From positions 310,001 through 374,000 of the forward strand of contig AP039693.1 of NCBI GenBank assembly GCA_051599415.1: a stretch of DNA of 64,000 nucleotides. The letters are read 5' to 3'. Of the stretch, positions 33,292 to 45,088 are shown one piece after another. The notes beneath the pieces are model-generated. The model ran no database searches. It saw only the letters and a list, made by a program, of their open reading frames with translations, and was not told the origin of the DNA. This DNA comes from Savitreella phatthalungensis. Taxonomy: Eukaryota. How positions within the stretch are numbered: the first letter of the stretch is position 1; the number at the start of each line of letters is the position of its first letter. The position numbers and the translations under genes are program-made.

Positions 33292-35505
33292 ATGATAGGT
33301 CTTCCGAAATCAACAAGCGCATTCTCTGGCACAGAAACGAACGCTGACACATGTGAGCTGGCATGCTCAAAGACGCCATCGACATACAAGCAATTACGGC
33401 GCAACCAGCAGTCCCGCTCTGCCGAGCGTGCCATTGGCGGCGAGTGGGTCGAGCTATTCTATGACCTTTTTTTTGCTGCTGCGCTCGCAGCATACACCGA
33501 GCGACGGGAAATGCTCGACGGGAAAGACATTGCAGATTTTGCGATGTACTTCGCGCTCATCTGGTGGACGTGGACTTCGCAAATGATGTACGATGTCCGG
33601 TTTGCGAGATACGCAAAGTCTGAGAAGGTCGCCAAGTTTCTTCAGCTTTTTGTTCTCATTGGATTTGGGGTCTCACAGGATGAATGGAGCATGTACGAGC
33701 GATCTGAAGTCCATGTGTCGCTCGAGACAGCCGCTGGGCTGCAACATCGTCGTCGCCACAACCCACATGGCGCCGCTGTTGGTATTGCAGTTGTCTTTAT
33801 CGCGTCACGACTTTTGCTGAGCTTGCAATACCTGCGCGTCTTCTATCTACGAAAGCGCGGCGATGGAAATCGCCTCAATACGCTCGTCATACACAGTCTA
33901 CTTCCATTTGCGGCCGCGTGTTTCTGGCTTCTCTCTTTGCCAATCCTGGACAAGACTCTACTCTTAGGACCTAGCGACAGTCCAGCCAGACTGTACAGTG
34001 CTCGCGCTGTGCTGTGGAGCATTGGAATCCTGGTCGAAGCACTAGGAAATTTCGGTCTACGAGCCTATGAGCACGGCGGATTTGAGCACACTGCAATCGT
34101 TGAACGCTTCGGTGCTCTGACAGTCATCTTGCTCGGCGAAGCAGTCATCAAGATGGTTCGTTATTTGCGCAATATCACCGCCGGGGTCGGCTTTTCTGCT
34201 TTGTCTGCTGTTGCTATCTTTGCCTCCATCATCTCAACATGCCTTGTCTGGGGCCTGCACTTTCACCATCTGAACCCTCACACTCGCATCAGCAAGTTTC
34301 GGGCATATGCCTGGATTTTCCTTCACTTTCCCCTGCATCTGGCCCTCGTTGTCTTACTGGAGGGCATTCTGGCCTTACTTTTGTGGACAAACATCGACAG
34401 CGGGATCGCACAGATGCTCAATGGCGTCAGTCACATTGGCGAGTCGTCTGGGATTCTCAGCGACCTCTATGGTCTGAAAGGCAGGAATGAGACCCTGACA
34501 CTTGGCAAGCTGAAGGTGTTATATCACGTCGAGGATGGACGAATGATCAAAGTGCAGGATCTCTACGACGAGCCGGGTTCGAGCCGTGCAAAGATGCAGC
34601 CAATTCCATTGGATTATCGTCTACGTGTGCTGTCGGGATCTCAAATCATGTCGCCGCTAGAGATCTCACCCCCAGGTTCAACTTTGACAGCAAATGAGTA
34701 CAATTATGCTTACATCAGTATTTTCGCCCGACTGGCATCGACATATCGCGTTGAGCCTTCACATCATTTTCTCGAATACGTGCAGGCGCTACAGCCTGGA
34801 CAGACAACGGGAGAGGTTGCGCAGCGTGCTTACGGTCTGCTTTCCGAACAATTCCACCTGTCCGCAAGGCTCGTGCTTGTCACCGGAGGAGCTTTCATGC
34901 TCATAAGCGTACCTCTAATGCTGATCATCGGTCGTTACAGGACAGATAACTGGTCTCGTCACGTCCCGGTCGGTTTACGCCTCGTTGTTGGAACTGTCTT
35001 GATCCTGCTCGGTGCCATTGTAGACATCGAGGACGCAGTCAATCGCAGACACAATCCGCCGCAAAACACGTTGCTAGGACGTATGCTTGCCGAGGGCGTC
35101 CTGCTGCCGACCTGGACGATAGCTGCTGTTGTGGTGTACTGTGCAGACATGATAACATGGCAATGGCTACAGTTTTGGGGGATCGCCGCTGCCAGCCAAG
35201 GTCCGACTTCACTCAATGTGGCCAGTTCTGCACTGGCTGAAAAGCTCTCGACTTCGTCAACGTCATCGTGCTCGTCATCGTCATCGGTTTTACGTCCCCC
35301 TGTTCCGGAGGATGCCCATGGCGCGAACAAGGCTGCGACGAAGCGCGAGTCGCAGTCAAATGAGACAATCTCGCCTCGAGCATTGTTCGTCCCCGCGCCA
35401 GCTTCGCACACCATTTCAAGCTCGATGCGATCCTTGGCAGCGACAGACACAGGGCCTGCGGCTCTCATGAAGGCTATGCCTGTTCCCGGGCATGGTTATC
35501 TATAG
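33292..35505 (+). CDS. LtrA (low temperature requirement A) family multi-pass membrane protein
   Basis: WVELFYDLFF, WWTWTSQMMYDVRF, ERFGALTVILLGEAVI, WIFLHFPLHL; many TM segments. Confidence 0.85.
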   Translation: MIGLPKSTSAFSGTETNADTCELACSKTPSTYKQLRRNQQSRSAERAIGGEWVELFYDLFFAAALAAYTERREMLDGKDIADFAMYFALIWWTWTSQMMYDVRFARYAKSEKVAKFLQLFVLIGFGVSQDEWSMYERSEVHVSLETAAGLQHRRRHNPHGAAVGIAVVFIASRLLLSLQYLRVFYLRKRGDGNRLNTLVIHSLLPFAAACFWLLSLPILDKTLLLGPSDSPARLYSARAVLWSIGILVEALGNFGLRAYEHGGFEHTAIVERFGALTVILLGEAVIKMVRYLRNITAGVGFSALSAVAIFASIISTCLVWGLHFHHLNPHTRISKFRAYAWIFLHFPLHLALVVLLEGILALLLWTNIDSGIAQMLNGVSHIGESSGILSDLYGLKGRNETLTLGKLKVLYHVEDGRMIKVQDLYDEPGSSRAKMQPIPLDYRLRVLSGSQIMSPLEISPPGSTLTANEYNYAYISIFARLASTYRVEPSHHFLEYVQALQPGQTTGEVAQRAYGLLSEQFHLSARLVLVTGGAFMLISVPLMLIIGRYRTDNWSRHVPVGLRLVVGTVLILLGAIVDIEDAVNRRHNPPQNTLLGRMLAEGVLLPTWTIAAVVVYCADMITWQWLQFWGIAAASQGPTSLNVASSALAEKLSTSSTSSCSSSSSVLRPPVPEDAHGANKAATKRESQSNETISPRALFVPAPASHTISSSMRSLAATDTGPAALMKAMPVPGHGYL

Positions 35506-36314
35506 AGTCGGAGACTTGAGGAGTGAAGCAACCCCTTTAGCTGGCGGATAATACTTCTGAGACAACGGTCGTACATAGGCAGGATGAGATGTGCATTCAG
35601 GACGACCATTATGCGTCTCAGGAATGCTGGGAAGTTGACAGTGCCAGAAGAAAAGAATAGGAAAACAGTCGATTGCTGTCAGCGTGTTCCGAAGACGTAC
35701 CCCCAAGATAAAAAATGACTTCGATATAGAACGTTTTCTAATGATCTATGCGACTGTGACTTTGTCGTATCTTGCATCTTCGAATTCAGACCATCACTTC
35801 ATTGATGGAAACTCATGATGAAGCTACAGCGATATGCACGGGATCTACCAATTCTTACCAGTCTGAACCGATAGCTCAACTTCGCCGAGCGAGATTCTCG
35901 CGAATTTCTGCAGTAGCTGCCGCATAAATTGTACGCAGAGGCGTGGAAACATTTCTGCTGTCTACTACGCTTCCTTGACATGATGCGAACGAGCAGAGAG
36001 AGACAAATGGGCGTCAGTGTCAATGCTTGACGACGACAACTTATCGAGGGACTTCGTGGATCGAGATGCCGCGGATCGAGATGTCTCGATCTTGGCTATG
36101 AAGGCTAGATCGCTCATCCTCAGATCAAACGTTAACCAAAATAGCTCCTTCTAGACGACTCATCTGCAGTCTCGTAGTGCGTGCTCCGGACGCGGCAGAA
36201 CGTTACAGGGCACCGGATTGCAAGGAGACATGCCTTGAATGCGTGTCCTTTGTTAAACGGTATCCATAATCCGATGATCCCCGTATTCTCCAGTTCTCGC
36301 TTCGCCAAATTGTC

Positions 36315-37025
36315 CTACTTATCCCAGCGGCGCAGCCATAGTCTGCGTGCGAGCCCGCAGGTGCCATCTCGAGCAATGAGCCGCGTGACGTGGGCGCGGT
36401 CTATCTCGACGCCCCATGCATCCAATTGCGCTTGTGGCAAGCGATCATTCGTACAAGTGATGTCCTGACAATCGAGTGTATAAGTCGTTGTTTCGTTGCG
36501 GTACCGTCCCTGCGTCCGTGCTCCCTTAGTCGACGACGATGCCTCCAGTGAATGACCGAATGCTGCCGGAGGAATGGACCCGTCAATGAATGGCCAAGAC
36601 AATCGGCCATCAGGTCTGTGCTCGGTCGTGGAATATTCTAATGGCGGGTCGAATACGATAGAGACCTCTTGCGAGAATCCAACTTGCTGGTCAAACCCTG
36701 TAGATGGGCTTAATGCACCAGAACTTGTAGCACTGCAGTTCTGAGGTCTCGAGTTGATGTTGAGCTCATATACAGAGTTGGCACGACTGACAGCAGGGGT
36801 GGAAGAGCGGGAATGAATTGGCGACGATTGCCTGGAAGTTTCCGTGCTACTCAAGGCCGCAGATTCATTGATCTGCCCTCGACTTCCACCATTCTCATGC
36901 GCTACAGGACCGCTGCGGATGCTGCTCATCGAAAGAGCTGCAACGGTCGCGTGGTGCAGGCGCGTCCAGGAATGCGACCGACCGGTTGTTCTACCATCGT
37001 CGTAGCGATATGCCGATTCGACCAT
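36315..37025 (-). CDS. hypothetical Ser-rich protein
   Basis: About 236 aa from ATG 37025 (ORF open to 37199); low-complexity N-half, ordered-looking C-terminus; no recognised family. Confidence 0.5.
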   Translation of the reverse strand: MVESAYRYDDGRTTGRSHSWTRLHHATVAALSMSSIRSGPVAHENGGSRGQINESAALSSTETSRQSSPIHSRSSTPAVSRANSVYELNINSRPQNCSATSSGALSPSTGFDQQVGFSQEVSIVFDPPLEYSTTEHRPDGRLSWPFIDGSIPPAAFGHSLEASSSTKGARTQGRYRNETTTYTLDCQDITCTNDRLPQAQLDAWGVEIDRAHVTRLIARDGTCGLARRLWLRRWDK

Positions 37026-38440
37026 GTTTGTGACACGAGAGGGAGCGAATACAGAACGTAGACAAAAACCCTGCCAGGATGCCAGTCTGATGGGAGGCTG
37101 TCTGGAGATTATGTACGGATGTCGGGTATGGCCAACCTCTGCACGTACCTGTGCGGCATTTGAATGGTGTTTTGCGTCACGCAGCGAATCATAGCACATG
37201 CTGTCTCGCGGGTCTGATCACGGTCGACAAAACACAATCGGCCCTGATTGGCTAAGAACTTTCTTAGATAGGGCGATCCTTCCAATTAGTGCATCGCGAT
37301 CTAGACTAAGCGAAATATGCCACGCAAGAGTACGAGGAGCTGGAAAGGGATTGTAGCACCGGTTTCATAGGAAAACACGATCAGGCCAATATAATTTACA
37401 CTTCAAAACAATGTGTTTGTCTATGATCGGGATCAATGCCCACTCCGGATAGATTTCACGCGGCAGAAGGCTAAATAGGGTCACGATTACGTTCTGACAG
37501 AAATCGTCCGGCCGAGACTTTCTATCAGGCACAATTCCAGTTGCTACATTGGCTTGAACATCAGATACACGAGAGCCGGTCATTCGAGCTCGATTCGAGT
37601 TCAAACGAGGGATCACTTTTCCCTGAATCTGGCGAGTGTATAATGCGCTCGACAGAGATTCACTGTGTTTTTGAATTGAATTTGCCCTCCGATTTCAACT
37701 CGTATGTTGTTGTCATGCGAATTCTTCCGCGAGACGAAACCCGGACTTGCGCGCCATAAATGTGTTGGTGCAAAGGGTGGAACTGCCAGTATTCCAGAAC
37801 TGAAAATGCTCCGACGGCACGTTCGCGCGCGTTTGTGCGTTGTGGTTCACAATACTTTGAACATCATATGCTCAACATCCGCCCTGTCATGGGTCCTTAT
37901 CACATGCTTGACAATTAATTGATCAATCTAGAGTCGTAATCATTTCTTTTGTGGCACGCAGTTCTGAACTGATACCCGTTCCGCGGCGCTGATGCGCCAA
38001 TCATAACAGTGCATTGCCAGTTTCTCGAAACGAGAGACGAAACTAGCCCTTTCAAGCATGATCTCACTCATTCAAGATAAGGTTTTCCATTTTTCAGGCT
38101 GTTCTGTATATCCCGACGCGGCATCGTAGACAGCGCGTCTAGACAATCCAAAGCGCAAGTTTGTGTGACTTGTGCGATTGCATAAGGTCTCACTACCAGC
38201 TCACCCCGGGATCAAAAATGCTACCAGATCGGGCCTATGCTGCCGTGCAACCTACATAGCCTGAGAAAAGGACCTCTGAGGCTGTAAGGCAGACCTTGAG
38301 CGTCAGCTTCGCAGGGAGCGATTTGTCCGTTGTAAGTACACGGCATTGACTGTCTTGCCGTGTTGGTGCCAAATTGGTTCTCGGGAATGGTCCGCGCCTT
38401 TGATAAACATCTTCGTCTTTTGTGCGGCTGTACAGAACAT

Positions 38441-39193
38441 CTATTCTAGTGAAGCACCTCCATCAATGGTGAGACACGTTCCATTCATGAACCTATTGCT
38501 CGCAAGTAACAGTGCCGCGCCTGCGATCTCGTCGACAGTGCCCATTCTTCCAGCAGCTGTACCTGCAAGCACTTTCTCGCGTAGGTCCTCCCTCATGCCT
38601 CCTGTCATTGCCGTCTCGACATAGCCGGGCGCTAGGATGTTACATCTTATGCTACGCGGCGCAAGCTCTTGGGCCAAGGCTTTCGAAAAACCAATAAGGC
38701 CAGCCTTGGAGGCGGCGTAAACTGCCGAGCCAGCTCCACCGCGATGAGCCAATGCACTGGCTACAAACAAAATACTCATGTCCACTGTAACATCACTTCT
38801 TCGATGTTTCATCATGGCTGCAGCGACGTGTTTCGTTGCAAAAATTGTCGCCCGCAAATTGGTGTTCAGTACAGCGTCCATAACGTCGTGCGGGGTGCGA
38901 GTGAGAAGACTGTAGTGCGTTATGCCGGCGCAATTTACCAGAATGCTCGTCTCGCAATGCTTGCGCAGTAATGATGACCATTCTGAGTTGTTGGCTGCTC
39001 CAACGTTCAGGTCCATGACACTGTAGGCATGATCCTGCCCAGGCAGGGACGCAAGGGCGGACTCGAGCGTCCGAGCCGATCGTCCAACCAGGACGATCTT
39101 TGCACCCTCACTCGCATACTTTCTCGCTATAGCCAGCCCAATTCCCTGCGAGCCTCCCGTTACAATCGCTTTGTGCCCTGCCAGGACAGTCAT
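38441..39193 (-). CDS. short-chain dehydrogenase, 3-oxoacyl-ACP reductase (FabG/Oar1-like)
   Basis: TGGSQGIG, LVNCAGI, YAASKAG catalytic YxxxK, APGYVETAMT, LTIDGG; ATG at 39193. Confidence 0.88.
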   Translation of the reverse strand: MTVLAGHKAIVTGGSQGIGLAIARKYASEGAKIVLVGRSARTLESALASLPGQDHAYSVMDLNVGAANNSEWSSLLRKHCETSILVNCAGITHYSLLTRTPHDVMDAVLNTNLRATIFATKHVAAAMMKHRRSDVTVDMSILFVASALAHRGGAGSAVYAASKAGLIGFSKALAQELAPRSIRCNILAPGYVETAMTGGMREDLREKVLAGTAAGRMGTVDEIAGAALLLASNRFMNGTCLTIDGGASLE

Positions 39194-39788
39194 GAGCAAA
39201 ATTTGCAGTGCCTTCCGTATCAAGAGCGAGAGACGAGAAGCAATGCATGCAGAGATCTATCTGAAATTCCGATCGTTGTCACAATGCGCCCCGCCCCTTA
39301 TTGAAGATCGAAGGACTGAGCGTCAGATCGCCCGCTCAAATTTGCGGCTGGTCCCGATCGCCGTTGACAGTTTTGTTGCAGTGTATACATACGGTTTGAT
39401 GACATCGAGATATGGCGCACCGTGCCAAGCTTTATCCCGACAAATTAGAAGAACGAACATACCCTTGCTCAATATATGATCAGCTCCGATCGAACCATTT
39501 GACCGATACGGGGCTGCATATTTCTGTGGCTCGACTGAGATCTCTTTTTCTTAAGAGAGCCCTTGAGCACCGCGAGTGAGTAATTGGTCGACCGCAATCT
39601 GTGGCTTTCATTTGCTCGCAAGATCCCAGCCTCACCCGACTTGCACTGATACAAAAAGCGTAGAGCTGCTTCGGCAAGCTATAGAGTGCGGAAATTCGTG
39701 GGCTGAGGGTAAACAAAATCACGAATGCATATGTGACTCAGTTTACATGATGTCACACTGTTGTTCATTTATGCTCCGATCACCAGAG

Positions 39789-39997
<209 letters not shown>

Positions 39998-40296
39998 GCG
40001 CAAGCAACTGATGCCGAAACATCATAGTGCTCTCCTGTGATCGCGTAAATAGATACGCTATTGAGTTCGAGATTCTTCGGCAATTGCATTCCGCGCCCGA
40101 CTCTGTCGGTCTGTTCCACCGCGTCCATCGACAATCTCGAGTTCGAATTCCAGATATAGGCGGGTGGCTCGTTGAGGATCTGGCGACACGAGCTCTATAG
40201 CACATCGCTACGGTCCTCGGCTCACCAGGACAAGCCCTGAATTGCCGACGTTTTCCCCCTGTGTCCGTACATCGCAATAGTGCAACCCTGGCAGCT

Positions 40297-40743
40297 ATGG
40301 ATCATCATTCGTCACAGGGGCTCGCAACCGCGGCACCTCGCAATGTGATTGAAGGCGATTGGCATCTCGTTCATGGTTCCACAGACTGCAATCCGTTGGC
40401 AGACTTCAGTGCTGGCTTCGTCCTCACCGATGATGGCCGTCAATATAATACTCAAGATGACGGACCCGATGTAAACGAGGATTTCGTTGTTGTTCAACTT
40501 GCAAAGCCTCTCTATGCTCAGATCTGCATGTCTGCGTCAGATACTGCGTCAGCAGCTCGTAAACCTCCGCCACTGACTAGTCTCTGCCCTGAAATGTGCT
40601 TAACTCAATCGGAGGTCCCCCTTAGACGATTCGCACAAGCTATTAATCATGCTGCGGATACGAACAAATATCGATACACCGATCTGCCCCTGCGCAAGAG
40701 TGGCAAGCACTATGTGATTGCGAGGCGCACGTCACCTAGTTAA
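40297..40743 (+). CDS. hypothetical protein
   Basis: About 148 aa from ATG 40297; no recognised motif. Confidence 0.35.
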   Translation: MDHHSSQGLATAAPRNVIEGDWHLVHGSTDCNPLADFSAGFVLTDDGRQYNTQDDGPDVNEDFVVVQLAKPLYAQICMSASDTASAARKPPPLTSLCPEMCLTQSEVPLRRFAQAINHAADTNKYRYTDLPLRKSGKHYVIARRTSPS

Positions 40744-41002
40744 CGAACATCAGCTCTGGCAGACCTCCCCTAGCAGACCGTTCATTGATGCCGCGGACCA
40801 TTTTGGCTAAATCTCCATGATGCATAGTCATACGCACGGTTTCGAACGAACGATACATGAAGTCCATGATGTCAGATCACAATATTATTGTATATTAGAG
40901 TGATCATGATTCCTATCAAGAAATGATTGTACCGGATCGACAGGAGTTCATCGTTCGTACGCCTGCTCATTGGCCTGGGGCGCTCGTAGGACAAGCCTCG
41001 GT

Positions 41003-42736
41003 ATGCGTCTAACATCGTTGACCCCGGTCTATCATGTGATCAAGTCAAGAAGGTATGCATACGCACCGTCGGGGCAGCGGCGCGCGTTCTTCGGTCTTGG
41101 CGAGATTATAGGTGTCATCAGCAATCCCGCAGAGACGCTCCGACAAATCAATGAGTCCAAACAGATGCTCAAGGATGCAAAAGAGGAGCTGCAGAATACT
41201 CACGAGCAAAGAAGAATCCCACGCAAGCACACATTCTCGAAGCTACCCGGATTCCATGGTCGAAAACATGAGCAGACGCTACTGCGTCGCATCTTGAATA
41301 GTGATCCCGCCCTGACGCTGCTATTTGGCGGCACGAGTGTGGGCAAAACCGCGCTCCTGCGGCAAGTTCTCACTGGCGATGAGTTCTTTGTGGTTAACAT
41401 GGACCTACGTATCTCTGGTTTTGCAAACACCCGTACTCTATTTGTCTCACTTGCCGAGCAATTCGAACGTTTCTTCGACAGTATGGATCATGAAGAGATG
41501 CATCGTCATGCCCTGACATTCAAGCACATGCATCTTTCACTCTTGGAGCGTGATGAAAAGACCAATTACACTTACGAGGTATCTGCAGCCGATATTGCGG
41601 CACTAATGGAAGCCTTCCAGAGCTGTCTGCTCGGCTACTGGGAGTTTGATCCAGAGGTACAGAATGAGAACGATGCCAATACTGTTGGCGACAATGATGA
41701 CAAAGTGAGGAAGCAAAAAGCACCACGAGAAAGGACACGCCAACTGAGCCGCATTGATGGGGCGACGACCCGGAGTACCAAGGGGGAGCACAATGAACAG
41801 AGGCCAGAAGGAAGTTCTGCGACTGTGCCGCAAGAGAAGCCGTGGCGCAAGCGGAGCGTGGTCTTCGTCCTTGACGAAGCACACAAACTCCCAGCCTTGA
41901 TCAAGGATGAGTTGGTGCAAAAAGTACTGCTAGACAGTCTGTTGGTGTTGACTAAGCAAGATCGTCTCTGCCACGTTCTCCTGACGACCAGCGACTCCTT
42001 CTTCCACCACTATCTGCGTGCTATGAATGTCAGTCATCATGCGGCAGTCGTGACTATTGGTGACTGCGACAAAACAGCTGTGTATGACTTCTTTTTCGAT
42101 GAGCTCGTCACTAAAGTACCAGCTGATCTGCGGCCAAAGGTCGACTTCGATGGCATATACGACGTCTTCGGCGGAAAGCTTGCCCACATTTCGGACTACT
42201 TGAATGCATGGATCCAGTCGCAAGGGACTTTGACGCCATTGACGTCGGCGATATTCCTGCAAGCATATACGCTTATACAAGTCCATTTGTCCAATGACTC
42301 GTTTCAAACTTGGTCCTCGCTGCCGGACACATATCCGCGACCGCCTGCTGAGGATTCAAATGGAAGTGGCGACATCGCCGGGTCCAACACAAGTAGCCGA
42401 CTGTTCACTCGGTCGCAGCTGCTCGAATTGATGCGAATACTCGTTCAAGCTCCTCATAGTATTCCTTACTTCGACCTTTGCCGGCGATTTGGTCAAGCTG
42501 CTGTCGATGCGATGATCAGAACACGAATCGTCGAATTGCGCTGGACTGATCCGGTCACGCCAGAAGACCATACTGCAGCAGGACCCCACGCCCCGTGGCA
42601 GCTTGATGGCGTGATACGTCCACTCATTCTACCCATGACCCGCGTCCTTCGAGTCGCCATGCAGGTGATACTGAACGAAGAAGAATACTTTGAAATCAAG
42701 ACCCACGAAATGAAAGCGCTCACAGAAGATATCTAA
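41003..42736 (+). CDS. P-loop (AAA/archaeal ATPase-like) protein, probably mitochondrial
   Basis: FHGRKHEQ, Walker A GGTSVGKT, Walker B FVLDEAH, LTKQDRLCHVLL; Arg-rich acid-free N-terminus ending RRAFFG. Confidence 0.8.
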   Translation: MRLTSLTPVYHVIKSRRYAYAPSGQRRAFFGLGEIIGVISNPAETLRQINESKQMLKDAKEELQNTHEQRRIPRKHTFSKLPGFHGRKHEQTLLRRILNSDPALTLLFGGTSVGKTALLRQVLTGDEFFVVNMDLRISGFANTRTLFVSLAEQFERFFDSMDHEEMHRHALTFKHMHLSLLERDEKTNYTYEVSAADIAALMEAFQSCLLGYWEFDPEVQNENDANTVGDNDDKVRKQKAPRERTRQLSRIDGATTRSTKGEHNEQRPEGSSATVPQEKPWRKRSVVFVLDEAHKLPALIKDELVQKVLLDSLLVLTKQDRLCHVLLTTSDSFFHHYLRAMNVSHHAAVVTIGDCDKTAVYDFFFDELVTKVPADLRPKVDFDGIYDVFGGKLAHISDYLNAWIQSQGTLTPLTSAIFLQAYTLIQVHLSNDSFQTWSSLPDTYPRPPAEDSNGSGDIAGSNTSSRLFTRSQLLELMRILVQAPHSIPYFDLCRRFGQAAVDAMIRTRIVELRWTDPVTPEDHTAAGPHAPWQLDGVIRPLILPMTRVLRVAMQVILNEEEYFEIKTHEMKALTEDI

Positions 42737-43228
42737 TCAGCATAGAAGTCTCGCAAACATGAGTCGGTCAACGAAAGAGAGCATCCGACCAACGCACTTC
42801 AACCTTGTCGCTCCCCGGCCTGCTTGCCGTGAAGGGCGGATCTCCTCTCAAATGAGGAGCGGATGCAATGACCCTCTGATGCAATGATGATCATGCCATC
42901 TCATCGACAAACAGTGGCATTTATTAGTAAATTATATGAAGTACAAAGTGGTGTCATTCCCTTCGTCATTCTTATCAATCGATCGATCAATTTTCTTCTG
43001 CGTTGGCAATTTGTGCCCGGGATCAACGGGAAACACAGCAAGTTCTTGTCACGTGCATGAACTGGTGTTTTTGGAGCGCTAGCCATGGATCAACGGCTCC
43101 AAACCCCTTGATCATTACGGCGCACCTCTATATCTCGAGCGCAAAGCGGAGTGAAGGACGGATCAGCAGTGATTCGCCAGACATCTCTCCAGACCCAGAG
43201 CTATCATTACGTTCTGTTTGGATATAGT

Positions 43229-43729
43229 ATGTCAATATACAGCGACAAAGATGAAGAGGGCCTGAGTGACCTCGAAGCAGAAGTCGTCAGTCATCAGACA
43301 CAGATGGCTGGGGCATCGACGGAATTGGCGCCGGGCGCGCGCAGTGGCGCAACACGAGGATCGCGCAACGGTGCAACCACAGCAACATTACAGAAGGTAC
43401 TCCCTTCTGGCAGCCGAAATCTGCGAGCATGCATGCTATGTTCGATCGTGCTTACGGCCCGTCAATTTGAAGAACGCGGTTGCCCAAATTGTGAGAACAT
43501 TTTACGAACTACGGAGCGTATGGAGCTCGTGACATCGCCCAACCACGAGGGTCGAATTGCTGTTATGCGTCCGCACGATTCATGGGTAGCGCGGTGGCAA
43601 CGCACTGCGGACTTCGTCGGAGGCCTATACGCAACAAAAGTCCAAGGCAAACTGCCGGACGACATCAAGGAAGAACTCGAGGCTGACGGTGTTATATATC
43701 GCGCGAGAGATGGTTCAGTCGTGGATTAA
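43229..43729 (+). CDS. SPT4: transcription elongation factor Spt4
   Basis: LRACMLCSIV...F...GCPNC, TSPNHEG.IA, SWVARWQ, GLYATKVQGKLP, YRARDGS; start could be 43229 or 43304. Confidence 0.95.
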   Translation: MSIYSDKDEEGLSDLEAEVVSHQTQMAGASTELAPGARSGATRGSRNGATTATLQKVLPSGSRNLRACMLCSIVLTARQFEERGCPNCENILRTTERMELVTSPNHEGRIAVMRPHDSWVARWQRTADFVGGLYATKVQGKLPDDIKEELEADGVIYRARDGSVVD

Positions 43730-43771
43730 CGGCCCACTCGCATCAGACTGTAGTTGCCTTTATTCATGACA

Positions 43772-45088
43772 TTACGAGATCGTGGTTTTGGGGACGGAAG
43801 ACACGCCGTCCGGAGCACTGCTGTCGTTGATATTGGTTCTGCCTGTCGAACTGCTCTGAACCACGGTAATTGACGGCTTTGACGTATGAGTAGAGCTGCT
43901 GACGTCGACTGTAGGCAATCCCCATACATGACGGATGTTGTTTTGCACGTGAGCGCGAATGATCGAGTCCGAAGGCAATTTGCCGGAATAGAGCCAATGT
44001 ACGAGCTCGTCGAACCGCTCCGGGTGCGGCAGATGCAACTCAAGTGTGTCGCCTTTAAGCACGTGCCCTGAGAGTAGCAGGCGATATAATGGTTGTGCCC
44101 GCAGCAGGAGCGCCTCCAGATGCATCGGCTGGGACAAGTCGTCATGCGCCGCATTCTCACTCGACGAGCAAGATGAGAAACTTGAAGTGCTGATCTCTGG
44201 CGCATACATGTCTGTCGGTCGTCCGGCCGTCGATGATGCGTACTCTCCGTCAGAATCAGATGATTGAGCACTCTCGGCACTGTCGGCACTGTCGGCAGAC
44301 GTTTTCCTTTGGTTAGGATGATCCACAATTGTCTTCGAGCCCTTGACCCTCGAGTACTTTCGTCTCGACACGCCTGGCGGAGACTGTGTGGTCTGAATAG
44401 AGGGAGCTTTGAAACGGCAAGAGAAGGCAGCCTCGGGGGCCAGATGTGGTACGACCCTCACAGCAAATCCGGCCTCGGCACTTGACTCGAGTGGAAGCGC
44501 ACGCACTCGACATACGCTGAATTCTTCCTTTCCGATGTGTTTTTCGAGAATGACCTGGAGCTGGCTCTTGGCATATTCTGTTGAGGTTTGCTGAGCCGCC
44601 AGTTCTACAAGCGGGTTGGCGATCATGTCGTCCTTACCAACAGTGACACGTTTGGGAGGGCGAGCCTCATCGGCGCTCGCAGCGGACACTTGCGATAGAG
44701 GTCTTTTGTGCTTGCTCGATAGCACAGTCTGCCGAGATGCCTTGCCAGACGTCTCTGGCGACGAGAATGGCATCGGAGACCGCGCGTTGTCTCGTCCTAC
44801 TGATAGCTCTTCCAAATCCTGTCTCCCTGTCTGTGCTACATCGCATGTCTCTGCCATCGACAGCCCTGGCGCGGTATCAGCTGGCGACTTAGGGGTCATC
44901 GGAATAGAGAAGCTGGATTGCTGTCGCCTGTGACGATACAGGCGCGAGGAGTCCGAAGTTGGGATGCCAGAGATTGGCGGAGTAGCCATAGCCGAAGGAG
45001 GAACGTCAACACACGGGGCACCGAGATCGAGTGACTTGGGGACGTTTGGTCCGCGAGCGGAGTTGCGCCGTCCCTGCTGGAAACTCAT
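43772..45088 (-). CDS. hypothetical disordered protein with a short BTB-like C-terminal segment
   Basis: S/P-rich; LELHLPHPERFDELVHWLYSGKLP resembles the fungal BTB/POZ C-terminal motif; ATG at 45088. Confidence 0.6.
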   Translation of the reverse strand: MSFQQGRRNSARGPNVPKSLDLGAPCVDVPPSAMATPPISGIPTSDSSRLYRHRRQQSSFSIPMTPKSPADTAPGLSMAETCDVAQTGRQDLEELSVGRDNARSPMPFSSPETSGKASRQTVLSSKHKRPLSQVSAASADEARPPKRVTVGKDDMIANPLVELAAQQTSTEYAKSQLQVILEKHIGKEEFSVCRVRALPLESSAEAGFAVRVVPHLAPEAAFSCRFKAPSIQTTQSPPGVSRRKYSRVKGSKTIVDHPNQRKTSADSADSAESAQSSDSDGEYASSTAGRPTDMYAPEISTSSFSSCSSSENAAHDDLSQPMHLEALLLRAQPLYRLLLSGHVLKGDTLELHLPHPERFDELVHWLYSGKLPSDSIIRAHVQNNIRHVWGLPTVDVSSSTHTSKPSITVVQSSSTGRTNINDSSAPDGVSSVPKTTIS

